Part shown: positions 1 to 16,717 of the stretch, in pieces | Layout of the letters: every line of letters starts with the position of its first letter | Position numbering within the stretch: the first letter of the stretch is position 1 | NCBI GenBank assembly: GCA_012295275.1 | Contig: CM022671.1 | Span: 26,226,001 to 26,290,000 of the forward strand | Reading direction: 5' to 3' | DNA: 64,000 nucleotides | Source: Chrysomallon squamiferum | Lineage: Eukaryota > Animalia > Mollusca | The notes under the pieces: generated by a model | Seen by the model: the letters and a program-made list of their open reading frames with translations, nothing else | Databases searched by the model: none | Told to the model about the DNA's origin: nothing | Program-made: the position numbers and the translations under genes

Positions 1-2230
1 GACAGGATCTAAAAGGTCACCCAGGAAGCACTTGTAATATTTTCTAAAAGGGCTCATTAAATCCTAAAATGTATTCAAAGGAATCAAATCGTGAAGGTTT
101 TAAGCCTTATTTAAATCTTCTGAAAATCTACGCATTGTTATTTTATTTTATTAGTTTTATTATTTCTTTTCATCGTTATCCATTGTTAAGGATCATAAAC
201 CTCTGGCCCCAAACCCGCAACAACGAAGAATCAAACAACTTCCTCGTCCGCCCTTTGTTTATCTAATCGCTTTTTAGTAGGCAGAATATTTATTATAAAT
301 TTATTGAGAGAAAAACAAAAATTCGAAAGAATACACTTTCATTAATATTATTATTAGGTTCATGAACAGCTGGTTGGAATGCCAACAACAAAGGATTCAG
401 TCATAATAATGACAAAAACAACAATACTACTACTACTAATTATTATTATAATAACAAGATGGGCTCTTCCAATGGAGAGGTTGAATTTCATGTTCTGCCT
501 AGGAGTGGAAATATTTTTTTATTTTTAAATTAACATTTGTTTTTTTGAAGGGGTCAATGTCACTGACAGATTTCATCATAACAAAACTAGATTCGGATTA
601 TGGGGTGGTGGTCATTAGCTTTATGAGATGTATATAGTTTTAGAGTGAAGTGAATTGAAAAAAAATTAACGTGCTAATCAGAGGAAGCTGTTGTGATAGC
701 AACTGACTTATATACTTCTGCCTTTCAGCTGAATGACCAATCATGATGGAGCAACTGTCAACCGATTTATGTATGTTCATAATCTCTCCACGAACAAGAC
801 CACCTCAGCGTCCCTGCATGCATGGATTGGCATGGTAATATCTCGGTAGTCCACGGTCTAACTGTTGGAGCAGATGGGATCCCAAAGGTGCATCCTGTAT
901 GACCAACCCTGCTGCGACTAACCAGCAAGTCCAAACAGAGGATGTAAGTCCCGAAAAACAATCTGGCTAGGAGAAGGTAACTAAGACTAAACCTCAGACT
1001 AACTTCATTAAGCAGACTGGGTCTGATGTAAATGACAAACAACCACTGTAGGTATAGGTGTACTGCGACCAATGAAACAATTCGGATAGCCACATTTGAT
1101 GATTCCTAAACTAAGGGAATGCGAAAGGATATGGCAGGAGAAGAACAGTTCCCTTTATATGAAAAATGCTTCTGGAATATAATTATTACTATTATTACTA
1201 CAGTAAATAATGTGCCTGTGACAACAACAACAGTAACAACTATTATTTAACTGCTTTTACTAATGTACTATTTCCTTTGGTTCTGTCACCATTGTAACTG
1301 CTACTTCTACCATTACTCCTACTACTCCTACTTCATTTTCTAATAACAGTAATTTTGGAAAATTTAATTTATTTTACATAACCCTTATGTATATCAGTCA
1401 GATTATATTGATCCTCTCTAATAACAATATAAGAAGATATAAAATTCATCACTCAACTGAACACGCAATGATAACTCAAGTCACGCAAAGAATGCGCGAA
1501 GTAATAGAAATTACGCTGTAGAAACACTATCAGATTTAAGCTTAATTATTGCCATTTAATGCTTCGACGGGAATGCAAGGACCGGAGAAACGAACGGGTG
1601 TACTAACTGGATGGAAGGCAATATTTGAACTGTCACTGCTGGAAAATAATGACTTTGGAACATTGGCAGGGTGTATGGAGACGGGGAAGTAATGGCTGCC
1701 AGACGGATGAAGAACAAATCCTGGAAGATACAAGCTGATGTTGGAGCTGAAATCTGTGGAAGCCAGTTCTCCCGAAGATTTGTTACTGCAGTCTACCGAG
1801 CTCTGATTGAAGCTGTCGTCGCTGGAACTTGGGTAGGGCGTGGATTCGTTATTGTAGTTGGATGTCATTTTCTTCAAGATTCTCTCTCTTGCCGTCTCTT
1901 GGTTGTGTTCCTCCCGGGAACTGCTCGACGAAGTGTCGCTCTGCTGAACTTTCTGCTCCTGACGTGAAAAGCGTTGAGTGATGATCCGTTTCAGCTTGTA
2001 TGTGCCTTGCCCGGAGCAGCTTGAAGTCGGGGATCCAGTGCTATAATGCGTCATTTCTGTACCGCGTTTTCTCATTGGAAGGCTCTTGGAAGAAAAGGCT
2101 AATTTTTTGAATTTTGATCGAATATTTTACAGTTTTATGTAACATTAACTCATTATTATTTTTGAAGAGAAGGCATTTTGATATTTGATTCTGAATAAAA
2201 CTAAACTCTAAAAATAAATAAATCAATAAA
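1..2230. repeat. Segmental duplicate of the 9884-13940 region (3' flank and last exon of the intact cwo-like gene) with two internal deletions; probably extends left of the window
   Basis: Position 1 GACAGGATCTAAAAGGTCACCC recurs at 9884 and the two copies stay collinear at high identity. At ~1358 this copy skips ~11259-11640, and at ~2098 it jumps from the 12380 equivalent to the ~13820 equivalent (TTTTGAATT.TGATCGAATATTTTACAGTTTTATGTAAC). Confidence 0.93.
1542..2098 (-). pseudogene. Truncated copy of the cwo-like last exon (C-terminal region only)
   Basis: ORF 1542-2075 is nearly identical to the C-terminal 177 aa of the 11825-12552 exon. The 5' part of that exon, the Orange exon and the helix-2 exon are removed by the deletion at ~2098, and I see no bHLH exon upstream of it. 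Confidence 0.85.
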
Positions 2231-2250
2231 TAAATAAATAAATAAATATA

Positions 2251-2302
<52 letters not shown>

Positions 2303-3088
2303 CAATAAAACAACATTAATATCAAATCAACAACTACAATAAATAAAAAAAAAATAATAAAAAAAAAAAAAAATAAATAAATAAATAAATAAATAAATAA
2401 AAAAATTTATAGTTCCTGAATTGTATTCATTGTCCATATCATATTTCAATTTTTTTTTTTATTGTTTTCAAAAGAACGTGTTGGCATGTTCTTATTTTGA
2501 TTTAATATTTAACAACATTTTCCAGAATAATAAGAGAATACGACATAGAACATTTGTGCATCCTCAGTAAGAAGAATACGATTTTATATTTCCAGCAGGA
2601 TCTACAAGAATAAACCCACTGTAAATGTTTCGGCACCATGTAATATTACAAGAGGAATGCGCGATGTACACTGATACTACTATGCACACTCTAATATGGT
2701 CGTATCTCCTAATAAACAAACAAACAAACAAACAAACAAACAAATAAATAAATAAATAAATAAATAAATAAATTAATATTAAATAAGAAAACAACTAAGT
2801 GTATAGCTGAATAAGTCAAATAAAATAAAAATAAAAATACAGGTTTTTTTCATTCTCAGCTGAATCATAAGAACATTATTTCGTTACTGAAATTTTGACC
2901 GCATTTTATACGCTCAGTTTGCTAAATAAAATGTACAGTAGAATGACAGCTCTGTCTAATAAAATGACTTTTTGGGTATTGAAATAAAAGCTATTCTAAA
3001 TCCTTAAATATTAAAAATATTCCATAAAACATAGGTGATTTGTTAAAATGTATGTTCATGAAAGACGTTTGTTTGTGTCTGTTTCTGT

Positions 3089-3140
<52 letters not shown>

Positions 3141-3224
3141 ATCCTCACGTATCTCATTGTATTCTGCACTCACTGCAACGAACAGTTTGGACATCAAAAT
3201 AAACTGTTATAAAAATAAATATTA

Positions 3225-3271
<47 letters not shown>

Positions 3272-3508
3272 AAAAAAGATTTATAATAAAATAAAAAAAT
3301 AACTGATAACAAATTAACAGTTAAAGAAAAAAAGCTATCTCATAGCAGAAACAAGAAAAACAACTCACACAAACACAAAAAATAAAATTAATAAAGAAAT
3401 AAAAAAACGTTATAAAAATTCAGAAGTGTTGATATATATGAAATAAAAAAATTGTTGCTAATAACATGCCAATCTTCGTTGCCAGTCATTCTGTAATACG
3501 CGTGTTTA

Positions 3509-3529
3509 GCAACCAGCTCATGAATATTT
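3509..3529 (+). promoter_or_regulatory. Conserved promoter element of cwo-like paralog A (RFX half-site AGCAAC followed by a POU-like motif)
   Basis: GCAACCAGCTCATGAATATTT matches the reverse complement of 16589-16609 at 20 of 21 positions. It lies ~230 bp upstream of the ATG at 3756. Confidence 0.6.
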
Positions 3530-3755
3530 ATAAACTACGTCATTAAACACGAATTCCAAAACGTGACTGAAGAGCATAAAACCAGCTCACCGCAAAGCAG
3601 ATACCATACGAGTCTAGCCAGCTTGAATATCAGATGTAAAGATATATTTCTAGAGAAACAGAAAAGAAGAAGAAGAAAAAAGTTCCATTTGACAATTAAA
3701 CATTTGTCTTACATAACATAGAAGTATATTTCTGCATCAGAAAACCTTAAACATC

Positions 3756-7212
<3,457 letters not shown>

Positions 7213-7284
7213 TTTAAAAAAAAGAAAAAAAAGAGAGAATAAGAAGAAGGAAAGAAAATAGTTTTCATTGCAATACAGCTATTA

Positions 7285-7331
<47 letters not shown>

Positions 7332-8977
7332 ATACCATATTTATATAATTTATCCAGTAAGTTCAAATGTTGTTTAGAGTGTAAAGTTATAAACAAAAAT
7401 ATTAAAATAGATGTAAATATAATTGTGAATATGTTAAAATGGTGGTAAATATAAATGAGTCACATTTAGAAATTGTTTGACATAATTAATAGACGATCTT
7501 GAACATTTTAATTTTGGAAAAAATAAATCATATCTCTATATGAACAGAGTGGATTTTATAGGCTGGTAATTGATTAAAATATTATGTTTGATAATTCTAA
7601 ATGAACATTTCGTTTAGTCCTGTTGTTTAGTTAGTTATTAAATTAGTCATTAGCGGTTGCTGAGCATGTTTTAATATGCGATTTGTAATGTTGTTATTCA
7701 TTGTTTAATAGTGCTATTTGATTGTTACGTGAATAAAGATTTTGTTTTTAACGTTTTAATATCACGTTATTTATTTATTTATTTATTTATTTATCATAAG
7801 ACTAATTTTTCGGTCGTAGTTTATTTTGTTACAGCATTGATATTTACTGACTGACACAGATATGATATATTAACCTGTGGGGTACACGTAACCGAACAGA
7901 AAGTACAAAACGAAAAGACCAAAAGCCTGATAGTTAATTATGGCATCAGTAATGCACTGTTTACTTTCGTTCATTTCTGTGTCAAACTAACGAAATAATA
8001 AATGCTGTGTTTTCGAATTTACAACTTATGGGTGGGGAAGTAGCTGCATGTATGTGCACGTATGCAATGAAATGTGTATTCGGAAATAGTTCTCATCTGT
8101 GAAAAGATTTATAAAATAATATACAGACAGCTCATTCGAGAGACCATTCTATGTTTCTTCTAGTTAATTCAGGTAATACTAATAATTAAAAGCAGACAAT
8201 GCTTTTAAGGTAGTCATCAAGACCGTGTTCGTAAAATCAAATATGACGATTTTCTGGTAATTTTGCTACGATATTTTCTAAAGACAGCCGTTTCTAAGTT
8301 AGCGGAATCCTAACTAATCAACAGCAGCCCTTTAACTTCAGTTTTAGTCTCAGAATATCTCGAACTTTGATGTTTAGACAATCACACAGAGATCTTGATG
8401 AAAATACATCTTAGACTAAACTGGTGGCTACCTGGACATTAACAGTAACGAGGCAAAGTTAACTGTCACAGACACGTTATTGTCATATAGTTGACACATA
8501 TAACAAAATGTACATATAAGAAACTCTCAAGAAAGCCGTCACTGACAAGTGGTAGTGGAAAGTTGGGAACGATGAGCCATTTTTAAGATATTTGGCCATT
8601 TCACCCAAACCTTCTTAGCTGTTGATAGAAAAACTGTTGATGCTTATAGAAACTTTAGATAACAATATAGAGTTTAATATGCTTTCTTCAATAACATCAT
8701 TACGGGAGAAACTTATGTAACAGGGTTGTGATGACTCACCGCGCCCCAGGGAGAGGGACCAATGAGCCACCCACTGTATGGGCCATGACTAAAAAGAACA
8801 CACGTTAATTGTTTAAATGTTATTTCTATCATGAATTTCATCTGAAATGCACATGCTGTAATAAACTAACGGGTGAATTACATGTTCTGCACACTGACCT
8901 AAGGCTAGGGTTTATTGTGGTATTGACTCAGTCTCCATGGTTACAGTGTAGTTTCACGGTCCTAAATTAATGCTGAA

Positions 8978-9235
8978 TCTTATTGAAGATAGAGCACATC
9001 AAATCTGCAACTAAACTGTATAATTCCATTCTGCCTTTTGATAGATTTCACATCAGGTTATGGAAGGACACCCAAAATCAAATCTGCCTCAACTGAGCTT
9101 ATTTCGTCCTGGATAGGCTCAACAAATTCACAAATCACAGTATGGCTCGGAGATTTTCTGAGAAATCGTCATCTTTTGTGGCTACACCGATGTAGCGAAC
9201 AGTGATGTTCATTAGCTGTGCTGAGAAGAGACCTC
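8978..9235 (-). mobile_element. Degenerate DNA-transposon coding remnant, possibly a pogo/Tigger-type C-terminal region
   Basis: Minus-strand reading RYIGVATK..FLRKSPSHTVICEFVEPIQDEISSVEADLILGVLP*PDVKSIKRQNGIIQF is interrupted by a stop and a frameshift. It resembles my recollection of invertebrate pogo-like transposase C-termini. Confidence 0.35.
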
Positions 9236-9883
9236 TGTCTGTTTTTCATTCTTTCTTTCTAGGCATTATTTTTATACCAGATACAGAATTCTGAAGAAAA
9301 ATAAAACCAGTAAGTAATTATCTATAAATTAACATTGATTTTAACGCTATATATTCCTTTGAAACGCTGTTAGATCTAACGTTTCACCTGCCCATGGGAC
9401 TCCAAAGAGGCTAATCGGACCCCTCAGAATATGTCTCATTGGTACCCAGTATCACATTCATTATGTTAATCATTAGTACCAGAGAACCACGTGGCTGATA
9501 GACTAAAACTGTACTAGAAGTTAAAAGAAGAAAAAATATATTAAAAAAGAATTACAAAACAAATAAATAAAAAATAAATAAATAAATAAAACACACACAA
9601 ACCGTTACAGGATTTGTGAAATATGTATTATCACCTCAATATTAAGTTGTAACAAATAAAACACCAAAAAAAAAAAAAAAAAAATTACTCAAGGTAGTTC
9701 AAAAACATACTTTTTAACTGGTGTGTTAATGGCCTGCTCCAAAGCTCTCTAAACGATAAAATGTATAGCAGCTGCAATGATGGGAGATAGTTCTCACTAT
9801 CATTATGCAGTCAGGAGTTTTTGGGTTGGCTCAAAGTTTCCTATCGCTCATCGGTCCCCAATTTCCCCTAATCGTAAGTGGCG

Positions 9884-12661
9884 GACAGGATCTAAAAGGT
9901 CACCCAGGAAGCACTTGTAATATTTTCTAAAAGGGCTCATTAAATCCTAAAATGTATTCAAAGGAATCAAATCGTGAAGGTTTTAAGCCTTATTTAAATC
10001 TTCTCAAAATCTACGCATTGTTATTTTATTTTATTAGGTTTATTATTTCTTTTCATCGTTATCCACTGTTAAGGATCATAAACCTCTGACCCCAAACCCG
10101 CAACAACGAAGAATCAAACAACTGCCTCATCCGCCCTTTGTTTATCTAATCGGTTTTTAGTAGGCAGAATATTTATTATAAATTTATTGAGAGAAAAACA
10201 AAAATTCGAAAGAATACACTTTCATTAATATTATTATTAGGTTCATGAACAGCTGGTTGGAGTGCCAACAACAAAGGTTTCAGTAATAACAATGACAAAA
10301 ACAACAAGACTACTAATAATAATTATTATTATAATAACAAGATGGGCTCTTCCAATGGAGAGGTTGAATTTCATGTTCTACCTAGGAGTGGAATTATTTT
10401 TTTATTTTTGAATTAACCTCTTTTTTTTGAAGGGGTAAGTGTGACTGACAGGTTTCATCATAACAAAACTAGATTCTGTTTATGGGGTGGTGGTCATTAG
10501 CTTTATGAGATGTATATAGTTTTAGAGTGAAGTGAAGTGAAAACAAATTAACGTGCTAATCAGAGCAAGCTGTTGTGATAGCAACTGACTTATATACTTC
10601 TGCCTTTCAGCTGAATGACCAATCATGATGGAGCAAATGTCAACCGATTTATGTAAGTTCATAATCTCTCCAGGAACAAGACCACCTCAGCGCTGTTTTA
10701 TGCATGGACTGGCATGGTAATATCTCGGTAGTCCACGGTCTAACTGTTGGAGCAGATGGGGTACCAAAGGTGCATCCTGTATGACCAACCCTCCTGCGGC
10801 TAACTAGCAAGTCCAAACAGAGGATGTAAGTCCCGAAAAACAATCTGGCTAGGAGAAGGCAACTAAGACTAAACCTCAGACTAACTTCATTAAGCAGACT
10901 GGGTCTGATGTAAATGACAAGCAACCACTGTAGGTATAGGTGTACTCGGACCAATGAAACAATCCGGTTAGCCACATTTGATGATTCCTAAACTAAGGGA
11001 ATGCGAAAGGATCTGGCAGGAGAAGAACAGTTCACTTTATATGAAAAATGCTTCTGGAATATAATTATTACTATTATTACTACAGTAAATAATGTGCGTA
11101 TGACAACAACAACAGTAACAACTATTATTATTACTGCTTTTACTAATGTAACTAGTTATGTTATAACTACTATTTCCTTTGGTTCTGCCACCATTGTAAC
11201 TGCTACTTCTACCATTACTGCTACTACTCCTACTTCATTTTCTAATAACAGTAATTATGGTTGTTACTATCATACAGAAATAGTATTTTTCTCTGGAAAG
11301 TGATATATATATATAACAAAACAAAACAAAACAAACAAAACAAAAAAAAAATAAAAAATAAAAAATAAAAAAATATAGAAAAGATAAGAAGGAACACAAA
11401 TGTGAATATAACAAATTTTATTAAACATAAACTCAACATTTTACAAAATAGCACTGTAGATAGCAGCTTCAACCGAAACACTGGATAAAGTTAACAGAAG
11501 TAGCTATTCAGAATCTCCGTTTACATTGAGTAATAACAATCTTACAATGTATAAAATTCATTAAATAACTCATGTCACGCTATGGATTCATGAATCAATT
11601 AAAACCACGAAATACTTCAAGCTATGGATTCATGCTTAAGGAAAATTTAATTTATTTTACATAACCCTTATGTATATCAGTCAGATTATATTGATCCTCT
11701 CTAATAACAATATAACAACATATAAAATTCATCACACAACTCAACACGCAAAGATAACTCAAGTCACGGAAAGAATTCACGAAGTAATAGAAATTACGCT
11801 ATAGGAATACTATTAGATTTAAACTTAATTATTAACATTTAATGCTTCGATGGGAATGCAAGGACCGGAGAAACGAACGGGTATGCTAACTGGATGGAAG
11901 GCAATATTTGAACTGTCACTGCTGGAAAATAATGACTTTGGAACATTGGCAGGGTGTATGGAGACGGGGAAGTAATGGCTGCCAGATGGATGAAGAACAA
12001 ATCCTGGAAGATACAAGCTGATGTTGGAGCTGAAATCTGTGGAAGCCAGTTCTCCCGAAGATTTGTTACTGCAGTCTACCGAGCTCTGATTGAAGCTGTC
12101 GTCGCTGGAACTTGGGTAGGGCGTGGATTCGTTATTGTAGTTGGATGTCATTTTCTTCAAGATTCTCTCTCTTGCCGTCTCTTGGTTGTGTTCCTCCCGG
12201 GAACTGCTCGACGAAGTGTCGCTCTGCTGAACTTTCTGCTCCTGACGTGAAAAGCGTTGAGTGATGATCCGTTTCAGCTTGTATGTGCCTTGCCCGGAGC
12301 AGCTTGAAGTCGGGGATCCAGTGCTATAATGCGTCATTTCTGTACCGCGTTTTCTCATTGGAAGGCTCTTGGAAGAAAAGGGTGAATCCGTGTTGGTAAA
12401 GCCGCTGTCAGACGTGACGTCTTCGTTCTGTGCGGTCTTGTTGTTCATCTTGCCGTCAGTGGACGAGGAGCTTGACGAGCTCCAAGATTCCCGGCTTCTC
12501 TCCCTTGGTGGGTACGCGCTAGGATAATTACTGTCGCCTTTGTTGTTGCTCACTATCAAAGTGAAAACAGAACAAAATGAATGAAATGAAATGAAATTTG
12601 AAGATAGAAAATTAAAATAACAATACCCTACACTAAACAATAATAATAATAATAATAATAA

Positions 12662-12692
<31 letters not shown>

Positions 12693-13939
12693 AAGAAGAA
12701 GAAGAAGAAGAAGAAAAAGAAGAAGAAGAAGAAGAAGAAGAAAAAGAAGAAGAAGAACAACAATAACAACTGCATGTTATACGTACTTGTAGGAAGAAAC
12801 TTCTTTGCGGCATTGCCAAGGTACTGCATCATAGAGATACAGACTTGATCCGACATATTGTTATCTTCAGTCTCCACCAGAAAGCGCATCACTTCATCCT
12901 GGCATTCTTTGAAACCCATGTAGAACTTGGAAGTGCAACACGGCTTGGCATTCTCACCCAGTGGAGTCAGACACATTGGATCCTGGCCTTTACCAGATTC
13001 TGTTAGAAAAAACAAAATTAAAATAAAAATGATGAAGAAATAAAAAATCAAAACTTTAAATAGAATTCATGAATTAAATTAGTACATTTTAAAGCAATCG
13101 TTTCTATGAAAATTCGCTAACAATTTATGTCTAGTGTTTTCAATATAAAAGATAGGTACAATGATTAGTTTAGCTTTTTTGTGTTGTTATTTTCGTCTGT
13201 AACATAAAATGTTCCATTTAAAAAGCAAAGCATACACTATCAAGTACAAACAAAATAAACTGTTTTGAGAAAGAAATTTCAGAATCGCAACGAATATTCA
13301 TTTTCCTCCCTCCATTTCACTAACGTAAATTATATACTTACAAAAAATATCAATTACACCATTAAATGACTTAAATAACACACAAAAATAACTCAAGAAA
13401 GAAAGCTTCGTTCATTTCAGAGAGCACTCACTTTTTTCGTCAGCATCTTTGTGAAGATCTTTGATTAACTTTATCGCCAGTTCAATTATTTCTGTTTTTT
13501 CAATCCGTCCCTGACCCTAAAATTATAAAAATAGTAATATTAATTTTAGAAATGTGTCAAAATGTTCAGTGTTCTATTCGTTCTGAACATAAAAAGAAAG
13601 AAACAAATACATATATTTATAAACATATGATTTAATTTTGTAATTTGCATCTATGCTATAATCTTTATAGGAGTCTGAATAAGTAGATCAGATGTAATAA
13701 GGAATTACGTAAGAACTTTTTATGTTAATTACACATGTAGACGTATACACACACATACATATATATATATATAAATATATTTCAATCTTTTAAAACAGTA
13801 ATGCTTTTATACTATTCTTTAATGTTTTGAATTATGATCGAATATTTTACAGTTTTATGTAACATTAACTCATTATTATTTTTGAAGAAGAGGTATTTTG
13901 ATATTTGATTCTGAATAAAAATGAAACTCTAAAAATAAA

Positions 13940-13940
<1 letters not shown>
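9884..13940. repeat. Source copy of the segmental duplication seen at 1-2230
   Basis: Collinear high identity with 1-2230 apart from the two deletions in the left copy. Confidence 0.9.
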
Positions 13941-13970
<30 letters not shown>

Positions 13971-14562
13971 TAATAATAAATGTTTATAAAATGTTACCTT
14001 TTTCACATAATGACTTGGCATCAGTTTGCCGAGATCAGTCAAACACGTGTTCATTCGATCTCTTCGTCGTTTCTCATTGATGCGATGAATTGTAAGGTCC
14101 TAAAATTTTTCAAGAACAAAAATAAATTAAATAATCATAAAAGGATTTTCTTTTTCCGCATGACAAGACTATTATTTTTGATCAGGAACTGTGTATCAGA
14201 ACAAGTTCATAGGGTCGACATTTAGGGCGTCTTACTAATACGTATTTCAGATGAAATTTAGACTTAATTGTTTATTTATATGTATACACCACCACACGAA
14301 CACCCATGAGGCATGTGGAATTTGGATATCAATTTGGTGAACAAATCCAATGTGGATTTTTAGTTAGTCCGATGTCTGAAGTGTTCAAATTTAGTCGATG
14401 AAGAATTGTGTCCTTCTGGTTACCGTCTTTAAAGATGGCTGTTTGATCGTGTCCGATATATTAGTTATCGGTAACATGACTATGACTTTTGACCAAAGTA
14501 TATAGCTATTGATAAATATAGCTTTGAAAAATGGCGATAATTTCAATGATACGCTCTAATTC

Positions 14563-14597
<35 letters not shown>

Positions 14598-15017
14598 ACT
14601 ATGAAAATAGCCAAACGATACTTTAATTTAAAATTTGAAATGATTCGACTTGATTTTTTTTAATTCATTATGGAATAAATATCAGTGAATTTATACAAGC
14701 GCGTATAAAATTTTATTCAGAACATAATACTCGAAAAATTTGACCGTTAGTTACAGCCATTATATCGGATCATAATCTATTAAATCAGACAAAAATTAGG
14801 CTCAAAGCTACAATCTGAAATTCCCATCAACTGATTTCGGACATCGGACTAACCAAAAATGCACATTAGATCTTTCATCAGTTTGGTACTCAGCTCCAAA
14901 TTATGGGGACAAAGGAAGGAACAAAATAATTTGTGACACTCACCCTCATCCGTTTTCCTTTCTCACCACACGACCCGTCAGATTCTCCTGTCGAAGTCAT
15001 GAAACACATGTTCCTGA

Positions 15018-15063
<46 letters not shown>

Positions 15064-16446
15064 TATATAATTTTCTGTGTTTTCGGTCATCGAAAAAAAA
15101 AAAATTCCCTTCAGTTTATTCTTTAACGTGTATGAACGATGTTATACGATGTTACTAAGAACAGTCCCGAAAACGACGGCACACAATGTGGAACAATGGC
15201 TGGAACGAGAAATATGCTAAGGAAATCGAAAACGAGTCGAATATTTTACCATTGAGCAATAAAATAAAAAAACTGCCTACATGTTTGTTCCCATCAGTTT
15301 GTGTTTGATATTTTTATTACATTTACTAAACTATGCACATCCAGATTTAATGGAAACGGAATTTCTTAAACAGTCTTTTCATAAAAATTATATAAGGTGT
15401 TTGTTGTTGGGTATATTTACAAACGACTGTGTCAAAGAATAAACAGTATTTCCACCTGGAAGATAAAGAACCGGCAGATTGATTTATTTTAATATTACTA
15501 ACATTAACAAACAAAAATATGATGTTGTTTTATATGTTATTTTTAGAGATTTGAAAACAACAAAAATATTTGTTTTCTGAAAGCCTTGAAGCCCTTGCCA
15601 GCTGTCGCTTATGCCAATCCCAGATCTGCAAACTGTTAAATGATCGAAAATTGTACTGAAATCAACAAATGTTGTGATCAAGATGATGTACACGTTCACG
15701 TTTGTAACAACGCGATATTAGAAACAAAATGTGATGCCCTTCATTCAGTACATCTGTTGTTTACATCTTTTTCTTTCATTTTTTTCATAAAATATTGTTA
15801 TAAGGTAAACGTCTAGTTTTGGTGATTTTAAACTCTGTCATGTGCAAGTGTGCCGAACAAATTAAAAAATATGGTAATTTTATCGATTTGAGAAAAACAA
15901 ATTATGTATTCATTAATATAGTTATTTATTTATTTAATTTTTTCTCTAATTACGTCCATGGAATTTACCGTTATGACTGTTTTGGAATACTTTATTAGAG
16001 TACTTTACAATTTTGTTATATTTCTTTTCTTTTTTTCTCTCTTTATCTTATTCATTTTCTTTCTTTCTTTCTTTTTTTTTTTTTTCTCTTTCCTTATTCA
16101 TTTCTTTCTTTCTTTTTTTTTTTTTTTTTTTGGATACAGCAAAAATTTAAAAATATCTTTCTTTTTTATTCAGTTTTTTTTTACCTTATGAAATTTAAAA
16201 TAGGATTTTTCTTTCTATTTTCGTTTTTCGTTTTTCTTTTTGAATGATTATGAAGATATATATTAATTTTATACGTTATAATTCTTTTAAGAAATAGGTT
16301 ATTAGTATGTGAATTTCTGAAAGTAAATGAAATATAAAAATGATAAGAATATTTACTCACGAATCTAGTCTAGAAGCATTGTCGTCGTATCTGAAACGTT
16401 TGGCTGCAGGTTCGTCAGTTTCCATGAAGTTTTCCATGTAGAGCAT
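11825..16446 (-). CDS. cwo: Clockwork orange-like bHLH-Orange transcription factor, paralog B (intact, ~427 aa)
   Basis: Six GT-AG exons with consistent phases: 16446-16361 ([22 protein letters not shown]), 15013-14944, 14099-13998 ([34 protein letters not shown]), 13516-13432 ([21 protein letters not shown]), 12999-12787 (Orange domain, [20 protein letters not shown]...MMQYL) and 12552-11825 (Ser-rich; [36 protein letters not shown]). Total 1284 nt, with the same exon layout as paralog A. Confidence 0.9.
12638..12770. repeat. Compound (AAT)n(AAG)n microsatellite in the last intron of paralog B
   Basis: Seen directly. Confidence 0.95.
14327..14889. mobile_element. Old MITE-like element with ~55-bp imperfect terminal inverted repeats, in intron 2 of paralog B
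   Basis: Left CCAATGTGGATTTTTAGTTAGTCCGATGTCTGAA (~14347-14380) matches the reverse complement of right TTCGGACATCGGACTAACCAAAAATGCACATTAG (~14836-14869). The interior is non-coding. Confidence 0.6.
15873..15966 (-). repeat. ~95-bp inverted copy of the sequence at 17614-17708 and 18766-18860
   Basis: GGTAATTTTATCGATTTGAGAAAAACAAATTATGTATTCATTAATATAGTTATTTATTTATTTAATTTTTTCTCTAATTACGTC is the reverse complement of those two copies, with few mismatches. Confidence 0.85.
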
Positions 16447-16588
16447 TATTATTATTATTATCTGTATTTCAGTTTAAACTTTTCACTTGTATGAATAGGA
16501 CACAACTACTCTAATCGAACTAGAAGTCGGAAATGATATTCTTCTGTAAAACTCCACGTTTAAACACTGGCATCAGGCTTTTGTAACA

Positions 16589-16634
16589 AAATATTAATGA
16601 GCTGGTTGCCTGGTTACATTTGTTGCTAGGCGAC
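16589..16634 (-). promoter_or_regulatory. Promoter module of paralog B: two RFX X-boxes plus the conserved 21-bp element
   Basis: On the minus strand, GTCGCC-T-AGCAAC (16634-16622) and GTAACC-A-GGCAAC (16617-16605) both fit the X-box consensus GTNRCC(N0-3)RGYAAC. They are followed by CAGCTCATTAATATTT, ~145-190 bp upstream of the ATG. Confidence 0.65.
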
Positions 16635-16717
16635 TAACAGAGAGTGAGAAAGAGAACAACAGGAAGGACCATGGGCGGAAGCGAATGACCATTTCTTTAT
16701 TATGACAAGAAACATTA

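Noticed and set aside
767-1093. 108-aa minus-strand ORF, repeated at 10649-10975
   Set aside because: It has a non-ATG start and no recognisable domain, and its recurrence is explained by the segmental duplication. The region may be an old repeat.
1671-1967. 98-aa plus-strand ORFs (also 11954-12250) and other ORFs overlapping 6454-7168
   Set aside because: These are antisense or alternate-frame shadows of the cwo-like last exons.
3558-3566. E-box-like AACGTG/CACGTT near both cwo-like starts (also ~16555) as CLK/CYC sites
   Set aside because: These are single non-canonical hexamers expected by chance. I noticed no canonical CACGTG cluster in either promoter.
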